Under the pieces are notes generated by a model, which worked only from the letters and a program-made list of their open reading frames with translations, was not told where the DNA came from and did not search any database. Position numbers and translations under genes: made by a program. A stretch of DNA of 64,000 nucleotides from Candidatus Izemoplasmatales bacterium (GTDB lineage Bacteria; Bacillota_I; Bacilli_A; Izemoplasmatales; Hujiaoplasmataceae), in contig JBFXGX010000008.1 in the NCBI GenBank assembly GCA_050177605.1, positions 1 through 64,000 on the forward strand, read 5' to 3'. Below, in pieces: positions 19,014 to 29,578 of this stretch (the first letter of the stretch is position 1; every line of letters starts with the position of its first letter).

Positions 19014-19493
19014 ATGAGCATTGAGAGAGTTAGACAATATTTTCAAAAATACCAAATGGAGGATCGAATTCTAGAATTTGAAGAATCTAGCGCAACAGTT
19101 GAACTTGCCGCAATTGCTTTGGGATGTGAAGGGAAAAGAATCGCAAAAACACTTTCGTTTCATGTTTTTGATGAAGTCGTTTTGATTGTGACTGCAGGAG
19201 ATCAAAAAGTAGATAATCAAAAATATAAAAGTTATTTTAATACAAAAGCAAAGATGTTGTCTTTTGAAGAGGCAGAACCACTGATTGGACATAGTGTTGG
19301 TGGTGTTTGCCCGTTTGGAGTGAATCCAGGAGTCAAAGTATATCTAGATATTTCATTAAAAAGATTTGATACGGTCTTTCCAGCTTGTGGAAGTAGTAAT
19401 AGTGCTATCGAATTATCGATCAGTGAACTTGATAACTATTCAAATAATCTTGCGTGGATTGATGTTTGTAAAACAATAGAAACAACTTTTTAG
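19014..19493 (+). CDS. YbaK/EbsC aminoacyl-tRNA deacylase family protein
   Basis: SSATVELAA, IAKTLSF, GHSVGGVCPFG, PACGS. Confidence 0.9.
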   Translation: MSIERVRQYFQKYQMEDRILEFEESSATVELAAIALGCEGKRIAKTLSFHVFDEVVLIVTAGDQKVDNQKYKSYFNTKAKMLSFEEAEPLIGHSVGGVCPFGVNPGVKVYLDISLKRFDTVFPACGSSNSAIELSISELDNYSNNLAWIDVCKTIETTF

Positions 19494-19532
19494 AAGGTTC
19501 GATAGAAAGAGCCTTCTTTTTTATGACGAATA

Positions 19533-19574
19533 TGTAACCGTTTTCTTGACAAATGATGTTATCATAGTTATAAT
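19533..19574 (+). promoter_or_regulatory. Consensus promoter with adjacent cre/LacI-type site
   Basis: TGTAACCGTTTTCT at 19533-19546; TTGACA-17-TATAAT. Confidence 0.7.
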
Positions 19575-19606
19575 GAATTTAAATTGCATTCATTAAAGGA
19601 GAAATT

Positions 19607-21094
19607 ATGAGAAAAAGTGGATTGATTATCTTATTGTTTGTTTTTAGTTTTGTACTTATTGCTTGTGGAAGCGGCACTTCGAGTACCTCGTCTTTCACAA
19701 CAGAAGAACCATGTGTATTTTCGGATGTATCGTTTACAGATGGCACACTTCACTACACTACAAATAACGTTTGTGAAATTGTGACGGTAGATATCTATGA
19801 TACAAGTATGAACCTTTTAGGAACCTATCCAGATACTTCTGTTAATTTTAACTATCTATTAGACAATGGTTCTTATACCTTTGTTTTGAATGGTTACCTT
19901 ATGGTTTCTGAAGTTCAAACACTGAAAGGGACTTATTCAGGAGGACAAATGATGATTGAAAATTCACTCAAGACGAATCTACTCGAAAGTGAAGAACTTA
20001 ATAACGAAGCATTCATTCGCTATTTAGGGAGAACTAGTTATGATGATGCGTTAAAAACAAGGACGATGTACTTTTCTGGTTCAGGGTTTGAGGTTGGATT
20101 TTATGGCACTGAACTTTCAGTAACATTGGTTGCTTCAAATACTGCTTTACAAGATCAACCTTATTTTGTTGTCTTTTTAGATGGAGAAACAAATCCTAAT
20201 CAAGGTGAAACATGGTTCTTATTCCAAACAGAATCAACCTATCAATTAGTCTCTGGACTTGAGGAAGGATACCATACACTCCGTATCGTAAAACGTAATG
20301 AAGCGATTGATTCAACGATGGCAGTAAAACAATTAACTACTGATGGATTCTTTATGAATCCAACTGAGGAAAAGTCATTGAAAATAGAGTTTATTGGTGC
20401 CTCGACAATGACAGGATATGGAAATCTAGCATCAAAGGCAAGTGAAACGAAAACTTCAGAGAATTCAAATGTACTCTTTGCTTATACGTATTTAAGTGCT
20501 TATTATTTAGACGCTGAATATTCAATCATCGCTGCTTCTGGATGGGGCGTTTCAAGAGGATATAATACTGGAGGAGTACTTGATGAAGTAAGGAATATTC
20601 CAAATGCCTATAACTATACAGGAATCACTGATCAAGGTTTAGTCACAGAAGCATTGCCTTGGGACCAAGAGAGTTATGAACCAGATATTATCGTTATCGC
20701 ACTAGGATCCAACGACTTAAATTCATCAGGATATAGTTCGATGACTTCAGAAAATCAGGCTGCTTTTGATTTTCAGTTTAAAACAGATTTCTTAGCATTT
20801 TTAGATCATATTCATGCGTTGCATCCTGATGCGATCATCATTTTAGCTTATGGGATTTTAAGCGAAAATACCGTCTTAGAAGCGATAACGCTAGATATCA
20901 TTAACAGTGTTACTGATGAAACTATGGTTATTTATGGATGTAAATTAACTCCTGCTGGAACCAATGATATTCCTTATGGCAGTGATTATCATCCAAGTGT
21001 CGGAACGCATTTAATTGCCGCAAAGGAATTGGCAGATTTCATCGTAGAGGTTACGAATTTTGAAATTGTTCATGGTGTGATTACCAAAGAATAA
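19607..21094 (+). CDS. Lipoprotein SGNH/GDSL esterase (CE2-like)
   Basis: Lipobox LIAC; IEFIGASTMTGYG, ASGWG, ALGSND, DYHPS. Confidence 0.8.
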   Translation: MRKSGLIILLFVFSFVLIACGSGTSSTSSFTTEEPCVFSDVSFTDGTLHYTTNNVCEIVTVDIYDTSMNLLGTYPDTSVNFNYLLDNGSYTFVLNGYLMVSEVQTLKGTYSGGQMMIENSLKTNLLESEELNNEAFIRYLGRTSYDDALKTRTMYFSGSGFEVGFYGTELSVTLVASNTALQDQPYFVVFLDGETNPNQGETWFLFQTESTYQLVSGLEEGYHTLRIVKRNEAIDSTMAVKQLTTDGFFMNPTEEKSLKIEFIGASTMTGYGNLASKASETKTSENSNVLFAYTYLSAYYLDAEYSIIAASGWGVSRGYNTGGVLDEVRNIPNAYNYTGITDQGLVTEALPWDQESYEPDIIVIALGSNDLNSSGYSSMTSENQAAFDFQFKTDFLAFLDHIHALHPDAIIILAYGILSENTVLEAITLDIINSVTDETMVIYGCKLTPAGTNDIPYGSDYHPSVGTHLIAAKELADFIVEVTNFEIVHGVITKE

Positions 21095-21206
21095 ATCGAT
21101 AAGCGAAGACATCTTCGCTTTTCTTTTTTTCCTTATAGTATTAATTTACAAACTGTGTAAAAAATGGTATGATATCGGTAATGATTTACAAAGGAAGTGA
21201 CTCGCA

Positions 21207-22481
21207 ATGCTTGCTAACCATTTTATTATTGGCATCTTAATCTTTGTGATTGCCTACGCAGCCATCGTTTCAGAAAAAATACATCGAATGGTCGTTGCAG
21301 TGTTTGGGGCAGGACTTATGATTTTGTTCCAAGTGCTATCGCAAGAAGAAGCCCTAGCAACCATTGATTTTAATACTTTAGGATTGCTTATTGGCATGAT
21401 GGTACTAGTGATTATTATTAGACAAACTGGATTATTTCAATATTTAGCGATTAAATCCGCAAAACTAGCAAAAGGTAGTCCGACGAAAATACTCATCTAT
21501 TTTTCAGTCATTACTGCAGTCGCTTCAGGACTTTTAGATAATGTCACGACTGTATTGTTAATTGTACCAGTTACACTGGTTATTTGTGACACATTAAAGA
21601 TTAATCCGATTCCCTATGTTGTCGCAGAGATTATGAGTTCAAATATTGGAGGGGCAGCGACACTGATTGGTGACCCACCAAATATTATGATTGGTGGAGC
21701 GACTGGTTTTGGGTTTATTGACTTTATGGTGAACTTATTTCCATTAATGGTTGTTAACCTTGTTGTAGTGATTTTTCTACTTAAAATACTCTTTAAAAAA
21801 TCCTTTATCGTTGAAGAAGAAAGAAAACAAGAATTACTGTCTTTCGATGAGAAAAAAGCAATTACAAATAAACCTTTATTAATCAAAAGCCTGATTGTTC
21901 TGGGGCTTACAATATTTGGATTCATTGTCGCTGAGATGGTTCAGATTGAAACCGCTAGTATCGCTTTATTTGGCGCTTCCCTGCTACTATTAATCGGTAA
22001 TGTAGAACCCGAAGACATTCTTGAAAAGGTTGAATGGACTACAATTTTCTTCTTTGGCGGACTCTTTATCTTAGTAGGAGCTCTAGAAGAAATAGGCGTC
22101 ATCACATTGCTTGCTGAGAAGGTATTAATTATTACCGAAGGAAGCATAGCAAAAACAACAGGCATTGTTCTTTGGATGTCTGCTATCCTATCTTCATTCC
22201 TTGATAATATTCCTTATGTTGCGACGATGATCCCACTTGTGGATACCATTAGTAATGGATCAGTAGAGGCATTTGCTCCAGTGTGGTGGGCACTTTCAAT
22301 TGGTGCTTGTCTTGGCGGAAATGGAACGATCATAGGAGCTTCTGCCAATGTTGTTTCAAGAGGAATTTTAGAAAAAAATGGACATGAATTATCATTCCTG
22401 AAATATATGAAAGTAGCTTTTCCACTTACGATACTGACAATCATCATTTCAACAATATATCTTTTTATATTTTATCTATAA
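21207..22481 (+). CDS. ArsB/NhaD (P-protein/CitMHS-like) transporter
   Basis: LDNVTTVLL, NIGGAATLIGDPPN, LGGNGTIIGASAN. Confidence 0.88.
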   Translation: MLANHFIIGILIFVIAYAAIVSEKIHRMVVAVFGAGLMILFQVLSQEEALATIDFNTLGLLIGMMVLVIIIRQTGLFQYLAIKSAKLAKGSPTKILIYFSVITAVASGLLDNVTTVLLIVPVTLVICDTLKINPIPYVVAEIMSSNIGGAATLIGDPPNIMIGGATGFGFIDFMVNLFPLMVVNLVVVIFLLKILFKKSFIVEEERKQELLSFDEKKAITNKPLLIKSLIVLGLTIFGFIVAEMVQIETASIALFGASLLLLIGNVEPEDILEKVEWTTIFFFGGLFILVGALEEIGVITLLAEKVLIITEGSIAKTTGIVLWMSAILSSFLDNIPYVATMIPLVDTISNGSVEAFAPVWWALSIGACLGGNGTIIGASANVVSRGILEKNGHELSFLKYMKVAFPLTILTIIISTIYLFIFYL

Positions 22482-22496
22482 TGGAGGAAGTAAATT

Positions 22497-22994
22497 ATGC
22501 TGAACCGATATGTAGAATCAGAAACAAATCAACATGTGATGAAATTGATCCAAATGGGCGCCGATGTAAAAGTAGTGTCTGGCCAACTAGTTTATGTAGC
22601 ATTTGATATTACAGATGAAGTAAAAGTATCTTATGTTTATAATATAAACAAGAAAAACAGATACTTTTTAGAGCGGATTAAACCCTATCCGATTGCGGTA
22701 AAGGAGTTTAATACTGCTGAAGATATTATTAATATTATTAAAATTGATGTTGAACAGTTTAAAAATGCTGCGAAAAGTCATAACATCCAAGATTTTATTC
22801 AGACAAATTATGATTTTCATAATGTGATTTTAACTTTTGAAGATTTATTTCTCTATTACAATGTTGACCGAGAAACCTTTATCGATATTAAGCAACATAT
22901 CAATGAAATTTATCAAACCATTAATAAAGCAAAAATCAAATCTCCAAGAGTCTATTTTGGTAAAAACCCAGATCATTTATCGGAAGAAGACTAA
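22497..22994 (+). CDS. Hypothetical protein
   Basis: 165-aa ORF with GGAGG RBS, 15 bp after the transporter. Confidence 0.75.
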   Translation: MLNRYVESETNQHVMKLIQMGADVKVVSGQLVYVAFDITDEVKVSYVYNINKKNRYFLERIKPYPIAVKEFNTAEDIINIIKIDVEQFKNAAKSHNIQDFIQTNYDFHNVILTFEDLFLYYNVDRETFIDIKQHINEIYQTINKAKIKSPRVYFGKNPDHLSEED

Positions 22995-23103
22995 CACACT
23001 ATCTTAGTGTGTTTTTTTTATGTAAAATTAGTGATTTTATTGTTTATGATTGAAAATGTATAGTATAATAGAAGTAATCAATTACTGCAAGGAGGAAAGT
23101 TGC

Positions 23104-23808
23104 ATGTCTGAAATGGTAAAACTCGAATATTTGAACAAAGATTATTCGGGATTCCAAGCATTAAGAAACGTGAACTTATCGCTAGATAAGGGCAAAATTA
23201 TTGGACTATTAGGTCCGAATGGTAGCGGAAAAACAACGCTCATTAAAATTTTAACTGGAATGACACTTCAGTATACGGGAAGTGTATCTGTAAACGGAAG
23301 AAAACTAGATAATGATTCGAAAGCAGTCATCGCTTATTTGCCTGATCAACTTTATTTCGATCGTTGGATGAGAATTAAAGATTTAGAAAAATATTATGAA
23401 GATATGTTTTCTAATTTTAACAAAAGAAAATTCCGTGAACTCATTCAAAAATTTAGAATTGAAGACCGTGTCTTTGTAAGAAAACTATCCAAAGGTAATC
23501 AAGAAAAACTTCAACTAGCTTTAGTACTAGCAAGAGAAGCACAACTCTATATTTTTGATGAACCGATTGGTGGTGTCGATCCAGCGTTAAGACAAATCAT
23601 TCTTGATACAATTATGGAATATCGAAACACGGATGCTACAGTGATTTTATCTACTCATCAAATTTATGATGTTGAGGATTTATTTGATGAAGTCATTTTC
23701 TTAAAGGATGGAGAAGTATATTTGCATCGAAATACAAAAGAACTTCTTGAAGAAAAACAAACAACGCTCTTAGAATTATTCAAGGAGGTGTTCAAATATG
23801 CTCATTAA
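23104..23808 (+). CDS. ABC-2 type exporter ATP-binding protein
   Basis: GPNGSGKTT, LSKGN, DEPIGGVDP; ATG 23104 after AGGAGG. Confidence 0.9.
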   Translation: MSEMVKLEYLNKDYSGFQALRNVNLSLDKGKIIGLLGPNGSGKTTLIKILTGMTLQYTGSVSVNGRKLDNDSKAVIAYLPDQLYFDRWMRIKDLEKYYEDMFSNFNKRKFRELIQKFRIEDRVFVRKLSKGNQEKLQLALVLAREAQLYIFDEPIGGVDPALRQIILDTIMEYRNTDATVILSTHQIYDVEDLFDEVIFLKDGEVYLHRNTKELLEEKQTTLLELFKEVFKYAH

Positions 23809-24541
23809 GTTAATCAAACACGAACTTATCGCAAGTTATCGTACCTATGTTCCGATTTACGTTGCTCTATATGGGTTAGCATTGATGATGTTTGTGACCT
23901 ATAAAGCAAATACGGACTCATTATTTGCTATATTACTTGGTGTTTTTATGTTATTACTTGGAGCGATGTCTATTTTTATTATCTATAATCTAGTCATCTC
24001 ATTGGGTTCAAGAGTGTATGGCAAACCTGGATACTTACTCTTTTCAGTACCAGCGAAAACCTGGGAAATTATGCTTGCGAAATTTCTTGTGAATTATATG
24101 TGGGTTATTGTTTCCATTTTTGTCACTGCTAGTTCATTCTATTTAGCCTTTGGATTACTCGGTGTTTGGGATGAGTTTGCTTCTACATTCCAATATCTAT
24201 GGGATATGATAGGATTTACTTCAAACGAATTATGGGGGATGGTATTTTATGCCATTACTTATGTCGCTTATCTCATTTTCTTTTTTATGTTCTTATTTAG
24301 TTTACTCAATGTTATTTATAAAGGCGAAAAGAAGATTTTCTTTGGTGTTCTTTTATATCTAGCGATGAATTTCGTGACAAACTTAATTAATCAGGCGGTA
24401 ATCAATTCATTTGATACTTCATCTCTTTCTGAAGGTGTGATGAATTACATGTTCTATTTGACTTTTTATTACCTTATTCTCGCACTAATTTTTGGTGGAT
24501 TAAATTATTATTTGATGAATAAAAAATTAGAATTACAATAA
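23798..24541 (+). CDS. ABC-2 type permease
   Basis: 6 TM segments, GYLLFSVP..AK motif, overlaps the ATPase gene. Confidence 0.8.
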   Translation: MLIKLIKHELIASYRTYVPIYVALYGLALMMFVTYKANTDSLFAILLGVFMLLLGAMSIFIIYNLVISLGSRVYGKPGYLLFSVPAKTWEIMLAKFLVNYMWVIVSIFVTASSFYLAFGLLGVWDEFASTFQYLWDMIGFTSNELWGMVFYAITYVAYLIFFFMFLFSLLNVIYKGEKKIFFGVLLYLAMNFVTNLINQAVINSFDTSSLSEGVMNYMFYLTFYYLILALIFGGLNYYLMNKKLELQ

Positions 24542-24551
24542 CAAATAAATG

Positions 24552-24581
24552 AAAAAGCAGTTCAAGCGAACTGCTTTTTTT
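24552..24581. terminator. Bidirectional terminator
   Basis: AAAAAGCAGTTC-AAGC-GAACTGCTTTTT. Confidence 0.75.
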
Positions 24582-24616
24582 GTTGTATAAGATAAGAAAT
24601 CAAATAGGAGGATTTA

Positions 24617-25834
24617 TTATCTTTTAACGATATATTTTCTTGCGTCTAGTGCAACTGCTGCGACGATAATAACGCCTTTAATAATGTATTGATAGAATAC
24701 ATCAAGTCCTAAGAAGTTCATACCGTAGGAGATAATGGTAAACATCAATACACCAGTAACTGCCCCACTTACACGACCGATACCACCACTAAATGAAATA
24801 CCTCCAACAACACAGGCTGCAATGGCATCTAGTTCATAGTTGACCCCAGTACCATTCGAGGCACTACCAATACGAGCGGCTTCTAAGAATCCACCGAGAC
24901 CGTATAAAACGCCAGCAAGGATATAAACTAAAATGGTTGTTTTTACAATGTTTACTCCTGAAATTTTCGCTGCTTCTGGATTACCACCTACAGCAAACAT
25001 ATTCTTACCGAAGGAAGTTTTATTCCAGACAACCCAAATGACGATTGTTACAAGGAGCGCATAGACGATTAGTTTAGGAATTTCAAATCCAAATAGATAA
25101 AATCTACCTACAACGAATTCGGTATATCTTGGATCAAACCCACCAATTGGTTGAGGGCCTGGGTCCCCACTTGCAAAATACATCGATAGGATTCCGTACA
25201 ATGCAACGGAAGTACCTAGGGTTGCTAAGAATGGATGGATTTTGAAAACTGAAACGACAAATCCATTGATTGCACTAAAGAACGAGGTGACGAGGATTGC
25301 AATAATTAGTGGAACAATCAAAGGTAGTTCAGGTAAGTTCGTATAGAATCTACTACCATAAGTAACTGCTTGTAATAGTGATGCTGAGATAATCGCCGCA
25401 AAACCGACCATTCGACCTAATGAAAGGTCAGTACCTTGTAAAATGATGATCCCGCCAACACCAAAGGCTAGAATTAATCGAACTGAGGATTGCGTTAAGA
25501 TGTTCTTAATAACGGTTGGACTCAAAAAATTTGGAGCACTAATAATAACATAAATGATGAAAGCTAAGATAACAAAGTAAATCGCGTTATTCACCATAAA
25601 ATTAGAAGTATCTTTTTCATTCCAATTTAAATGTTTATCAATCTTGCGTTGGTAATTTACTTTGAAATTCTCCCAAATACGTTCATACCATTTATAAACA
25701 ATTTCCTCTTCAGCACTTACAAGTACTTCTTTTTCAGAGGATTTTTTCCAAAATGCGATAGCATTTAAGAATTTTCCATATAATCTAAATATTTTCGTGA
25801 TTCCTTTACCAATCACACCAAAGAATTTTTTCAT
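24617..25834 (-). CDS. mglC: Galactose/methyl-galactoside ABC permease
   Basis: GTDLSLGR, FGKNMFAVGGNPEAA, YELDAIAACVVGGISF. Confidence 0.88.
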   Translation of the reverse strand: MKKFFGVIGKGITKIFRLYGKFLNAIAFWKKSSEKEVLVSAEEEIVYKWYERIWENFKVNYQRKIDKHLNWNEKDTSNFMVNNAIYFVILAFIIYVIISAPNFLSPTVIKNILTQSSVRLILAFGVGGIIILQGTDLSLGRMVGFAAIISASLLQAVTYGSRFYTNLPELPLIVPLIIAILVTSFFSAINGFVVSVFKIHPFLATLGTSVALYGILSMYFASGDPGPQPIGGFDPRYTEFVVGRFYLFGFEIPKLIVYALLVTIVIWVVWNKTSFGKNMFAVGGNPEAAKISGVNIVKTTILVYILAGVLYGLGGFLEAARIGSASNGTGVNYELDAIAACVVGGISFSGGIGRVSGAVTGVLMFTIISYGMNFLGLDVFYQYIIKGVIIVAAVALDARKYIVKR

Positions 25835-25845
25835 GTTTTATCCTC

Positions 25846-27342
25846 CTAAAGGTATTTCGCAGATAATTTAAAGATTTCTTCTTGCGATGTTTCTTTCGAA
25901 TTGACAATCCCTGCAAGTCTTCCATTACTCATTACTGCGATACGATGTGTTACACCAAGTAATTCAGGCATTTCTGAAGAAACCATGATAATTGATTTTC
26001 CTGCTTCAACAAGTTGAATCATCAATTGATAGATTTCAAATTTAGCTCCAACATCAATTCCTCTCGTTGGTTCATCCATCAGTAGTACATCTGGATCCTT
26101 TAATAGCCAACGTCCAATAATGACTTTTTGTTGGTTACCACCAGAAAGAGAACGAATTAATTCTTGTTGGGAAGGTGTTTTTACACGCATGTTTTTGATT
26201 TGTTGATCTGTATCAGAAATCATTCCTTTTTCTGAAAGAAGTCCAATTTTGTTTTTGTAACTTTCGATGTTTGCAATTGTCATATTAAACCGAATGTTGG
26301 ACATCGGATAAATTCCAGTCACACGACGTTCTTCAGTAACAAGTGCAAAACCGTATTTGATTGCATCTTCAGGAGAATGAATATGAATCTTTTTCCCATT
26401 CAGAAGAATTTCACCGCTTTCTATATGTCTTGCACCAAAAATGGCTTCGACTAGTTCGGTTCTTCTTGAACCAACTAATCCTCCAATACCTAAAATCTCA
26501 CCTTTTCTTAATGTAAGTGAAACATGATGTACTTTTGGAGGATAGGTTGTTGATAAATCTTTTACTTCAAGTAATGGACCTTTACAACTATCAGGAACTT
26601 CAGGGAAACGTTGACTTAATGTACGGCCAACCATCATTCGAATGATTTTATCCATATTGAGATTTTTTGTAAAATCTGTTCCGACCATTTGACCATCTCG
26701 TAGAATCGTCACTTCATCGGTGATTTCAAAGACCTCTTCCATTTTATGGGAGATATAAATGATGCCGACACCATGTTCTTTAAGATGTCGCATAATTTCA
26801 AATAGTTTGTCTACTTCATTTTCGGTTAAAGAAGAAGTAGGTTCATCAAGAACGATAATTTTTGCATCGTAGCTTACTGCTTTTGCAATTTCAACCATTT
26901 GACGCTGTGATACACTGAGTTCATGCATTTTTTTACGTGGATCGATTTCGATATGTAATGAATGGAATAAATCTAACGTATCTTTCAACATTTTCTTTTC
27001 ATTAACGAAACCACGTTTACGTGGATATCTACCTAACCAAATATTATCTAACACGGAGCGTTGTAATACTTGATTTAATTCTTGATGCACCATCGATATT
27101 CCATTCTCTAGTGCATGTTTTGGATCATTAAAATTGAAGGGAACATCATTTAAAAAGAATTCCCCTTCATCTTGAATATAAATTCCGAAGAGACATTTCA
27201 TTAAGGTTGATTTACCAGCACCGTTCTCACCCATTAGGGCATGAATGGATCCAGGACGTATTAATAAATTTACTTTATTCAATACCGTAATGCCTGAAAA
27301 CGACTTAGAGACGTTTTGTATTCTTAACAAATATTCACTCAT
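25846..27342 (-). CDS. mglA: Galactose/methyl-galactoside ABC ATPase
   Basis: [38 protein letters not shown]. Confidence 0.9.
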   Translation of the reverse strand: MSEYLLRIQNVSKSFSGITVLNKVNLLIRPGSIHALMGENGAGKSTLMKCLFGIYIQDEGEFFLNDVPFNFNDPKHALENGISMVHQELNQVLQRSVLDNIWLGRYPRKRGFVNEKKMLKDTLDLFHSLHIEIDPRKKMHELSVSQRQMVEIAKAVSYDAKIIVLDEPTSSLTENEVDKLFEIMRHLKEHGVGIIYISHKMEEVFEITDEVTILRDGQMVGTDFTKNLNMDKIIRMMVGRTLSQRFPEVPDSCKGPLLEVKDLSTTYPPKVHHVSLTLRKGEILGIGGLVGSRRTELVEAIFGARHIESGEILLNGKKIHIHSPEDAIKYGFALVTEERRVTGIYPMSNIRFNMTIANIESYKNKIGLLSEKGMISDTDQQIKNMRVKTPSQQELIRSLSGGNQQKVIIGRWLLKDPDVLLMDEPTRGIDVGAKFEIYQLMIQLVEAGKSIIMVSSEMPELLGVTHRIAVMSNGRLAGIVNSKETSQEEIFKLSAKYL

Positions 27343-27430
27343 GGCTTTTCACCTCTTTACATAGTTAAGCAAACTAGATGGAAGCACATTGCGTGCTTCC
27401 ATCTTTTGTCTGCAAATTAATCTTTAATTT

Positions 27431-28435
27431 TTATTGGAAATCTTGATAGTTTTCTTTTGTTACAGCAACATAAGCAACACGAACAGCTTTTGTTCCATCG
27501 TCTCTAACAACCCAAGTAGTTCCTTCAGTTACAGGTAAACCTTGAGCAGCATTGATTGCTAAGTCGATTGTAGCACGAGCTTGGTTAACACCGTCATTTA
27601 AGACAGTACCATTCATTTGGTCAGCACCAATCATTTCTAATGCTTGAGCTAATGCATCTACACCATAAAGTGGATAGAATTTATTTGCTTCTTCCATTGA
27701 AGTATAAGCACCAAAAGCCATACCATCATTGTTAGAAATAACTAATTCGATTTGATCACCAAAAGAAGTAATCCATGCATCCATTGTGTTTTTAGCTTCA
27801 GCTGTATTCCAAGTAGTAGAAGCTTGGATAGCTAATTGTTCAACAGCGATTCCAGCGTCTGTGAAAGCTTTAACAGCTTCTAAAGTTCTTGCTTCTGCAT
27901 CTGGATGTCCTGGTTCACCTTTTAGTAAAACATATTGAACCTTACCATCATTGTTTTTGTCCCAAGAAGGATTAGCTTGCCAGTCCGCAACCATCATTTG
28001 TCCTTGGATAACGCCTGCTTCTGCAGAGTCAGTTCCAACGTACCAAACTTTGTCATAAATATCCATAACGCCGTCTTCAGTAGCTTCTTTATTGAAAAGG
28101 ATTAGAGGGATACCAGCAGCTTGAGCTTTTTCAATAATAGTTCTAGCAGCAGCTGGGTCAACAAGGTTAATTGCTAGTACATCAACGCCTCTTGAGATGA
28201 AAACGTCAACTTGGTCATTTAATTTAGCTTGATCGTTTTCTGAGTCAACGATATCAAGAGTAACGCCTTTTTCTTGAGCATAAGCTTCTAATTCTGGACG
28301 AACAACACCATTCATGAAGTTATCTCCATAAGTATAGATGTTAGCGCCAATTACGATTGTGTCTTCTTCAGCTTGGCATCCTATAAAAGTGACTCCAAGA
28401 AGAAGAATTGCGATTGATAATAATAATTTTTTCAT
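27431..28435 (-). CDS. mglB: Galactose/glucose-binding lipoprotein
   Basis: Lipobox FIGC; LAINLVDP, DKNNDGKVQY Ca loop, KGEPGHPDA, NNDGMA. Confidence 0.88.
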   Translation of the reverse strand: MKKLLLSIAILLLGVTFIGCQAEEDTIVIGANIYTYGDNFMNGVVRPELEAYAQEKGVTLDIVDSENDQAKLNDQVDVFISRGVDVLAINLVDPAAARTIIEKAQAAGIPLILFNKEATEDGVMDIYDKVWYVGTDSAEAGVIQGQMMVADWQANPSWDKNNDGKVQYVLLKGEPGHPDAEARTLEAVKAFTDAGIAVEQLAIQASTTWNTAEAKNTMDAWITSFGDQIELVISNNDGMAFGAYTSMEEANKFYPLYGVDALAQALEMIGADQMNGTVLNDGVNQARATIDLAINAAQGLPVTEGTTWVVRDDGTKAVRVAYVAVTKENYQDFQ

Positions 28436-28456
28436 TTTTTTCTCCTCATTTTTTAT

Positions 28457-28470
28457 TTAAAGCGCTTTCA
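28457..28470 (-). promoter_or_regulatory. cre/LacI-family operator upstream of mglB
   Basis: TGAAAGCGCTTTAA on the minus strand. Confidence 0.65.
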
Positions 28471-28558
28471 TAATATCACTTTCATAAAGAGAAAAAAATG
28501 CAATATCTTACACAAAATTTTAAAATTTCACTAAAATATCACATTTCTTATATTAATT

Positions 28559-29578
28559 TTATGATTCAGTTAAAGTATATACTTCATAGTCAACCCATAC
28601 ATAATGGGTATTTTCTAATGAAATATCAAAGGTGCTTAAATCGGTTCCAAAGAGGATATACTGGGCCAAATCTACGGTTGCGCTTGCTTGTCCCAGAGCA
28701 TCATTTAAGACAGTTGCATATAGATATCCTCGTTGCATCCAGCTCACTGCTTCACTTATTCCATCAATTCCAATCACTGGAAGCCAAGGTTCACTGTCAC
28801 GTTCGATGATAGAGTTTTCATTGGTATCGACAAATATTCCGAGTTCAATCATTGCCTCGATTGCCCCGATTGCCATGGCATCATTATTTGATATGATGAC
28901 TTCTACTTCAGGGTAGTTTGGAAGAATTGTTAACGCCCTATCACGAGCAATATCTTCATTCCAATCACAGATTTCTGTTGTGAGCACATCGAGTGAAAAG
29001 CCACTGCCTTCAAGTTCAGATTCAATGTACTCCGTTCGAAGTTCTGCATCCTGATGACCTTGTTCGCCTTTAAAGATGATGGCTTGAATAATATTATCAT
29101 TATTTTTGTCGAATTCGTTTAGTGAAAGTGGATTTCCACCAAATAGCGAAGCGACTATTTCAGCCTGTAAAATACCAGATTGTTCTGCCTTCGCGCCGAC
29201 GTAATAGGCTTGGTCATAGATATCAAGATCTTTTTCAAGGGGTTCACGGTTGATAAAGATGACTGGAATATCCATCTCTTTTGCTTTTTCAATAATTGGA
29301 TAGACGCCAAGTCGATCGACAGGGTTAATAATCAACAAACTTGGATTGAGTTTTAAGACTTCTTCAATTCGTTCATTTTGAATGATTTGTGAGTTTTGAG
29401 CATCATGAACTTCTATATCAAAGTAGTTCTTACCTGCGCTAACGATATTTTCACTTAACTGTTCGATATAAGGATCGTTCATATCGTAGATAAACAAATA
29501 CACTTTTGAACTATCCGCTTGACAGGATACCAATGGGAAAAGCAATAGAAGAAGAAATAGATTAACGATTTTTTTCAT
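28559..29578 (-). CDS. Second MglB-like sugar-binding lipoprotein, probably a sensor accessory
   Basis: Lipobox LVSC; INPVDR, DKNNDN, KGEQGHQDA, NNDAMA; overlaps the HK stop. Confidence 0.85.
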   Translation of the reverse strand: MKKIVNLFLLLLLFPLVSCQADSSKVYLFIYDMNDPYIEQLSENIVSAGKNYFDIEVHDAQNSQIIQNERIEEVLKLNPSLLIINPVDRLGVYPIIEKAKEMDIPVIFINREPLEKDLDIYDQAYYVGAKAEQSGILQAEIVASLFGGNPLSLNEFDKNNDNIIQAIIFKGEQGHQDAELRTEYIESELEGSGFSLDVLTTEICDWNEDIARDRALTILPNYPEVEVIISNNDAMAIGAIEAMIELGIFVDTNENSIIERDSEPWLPVIGIDGISEAVSWMQRGYLYATVLNDALGQASATVDLAQYILFGTDLSTFDISLENTHYVWVDYEVYTLTES

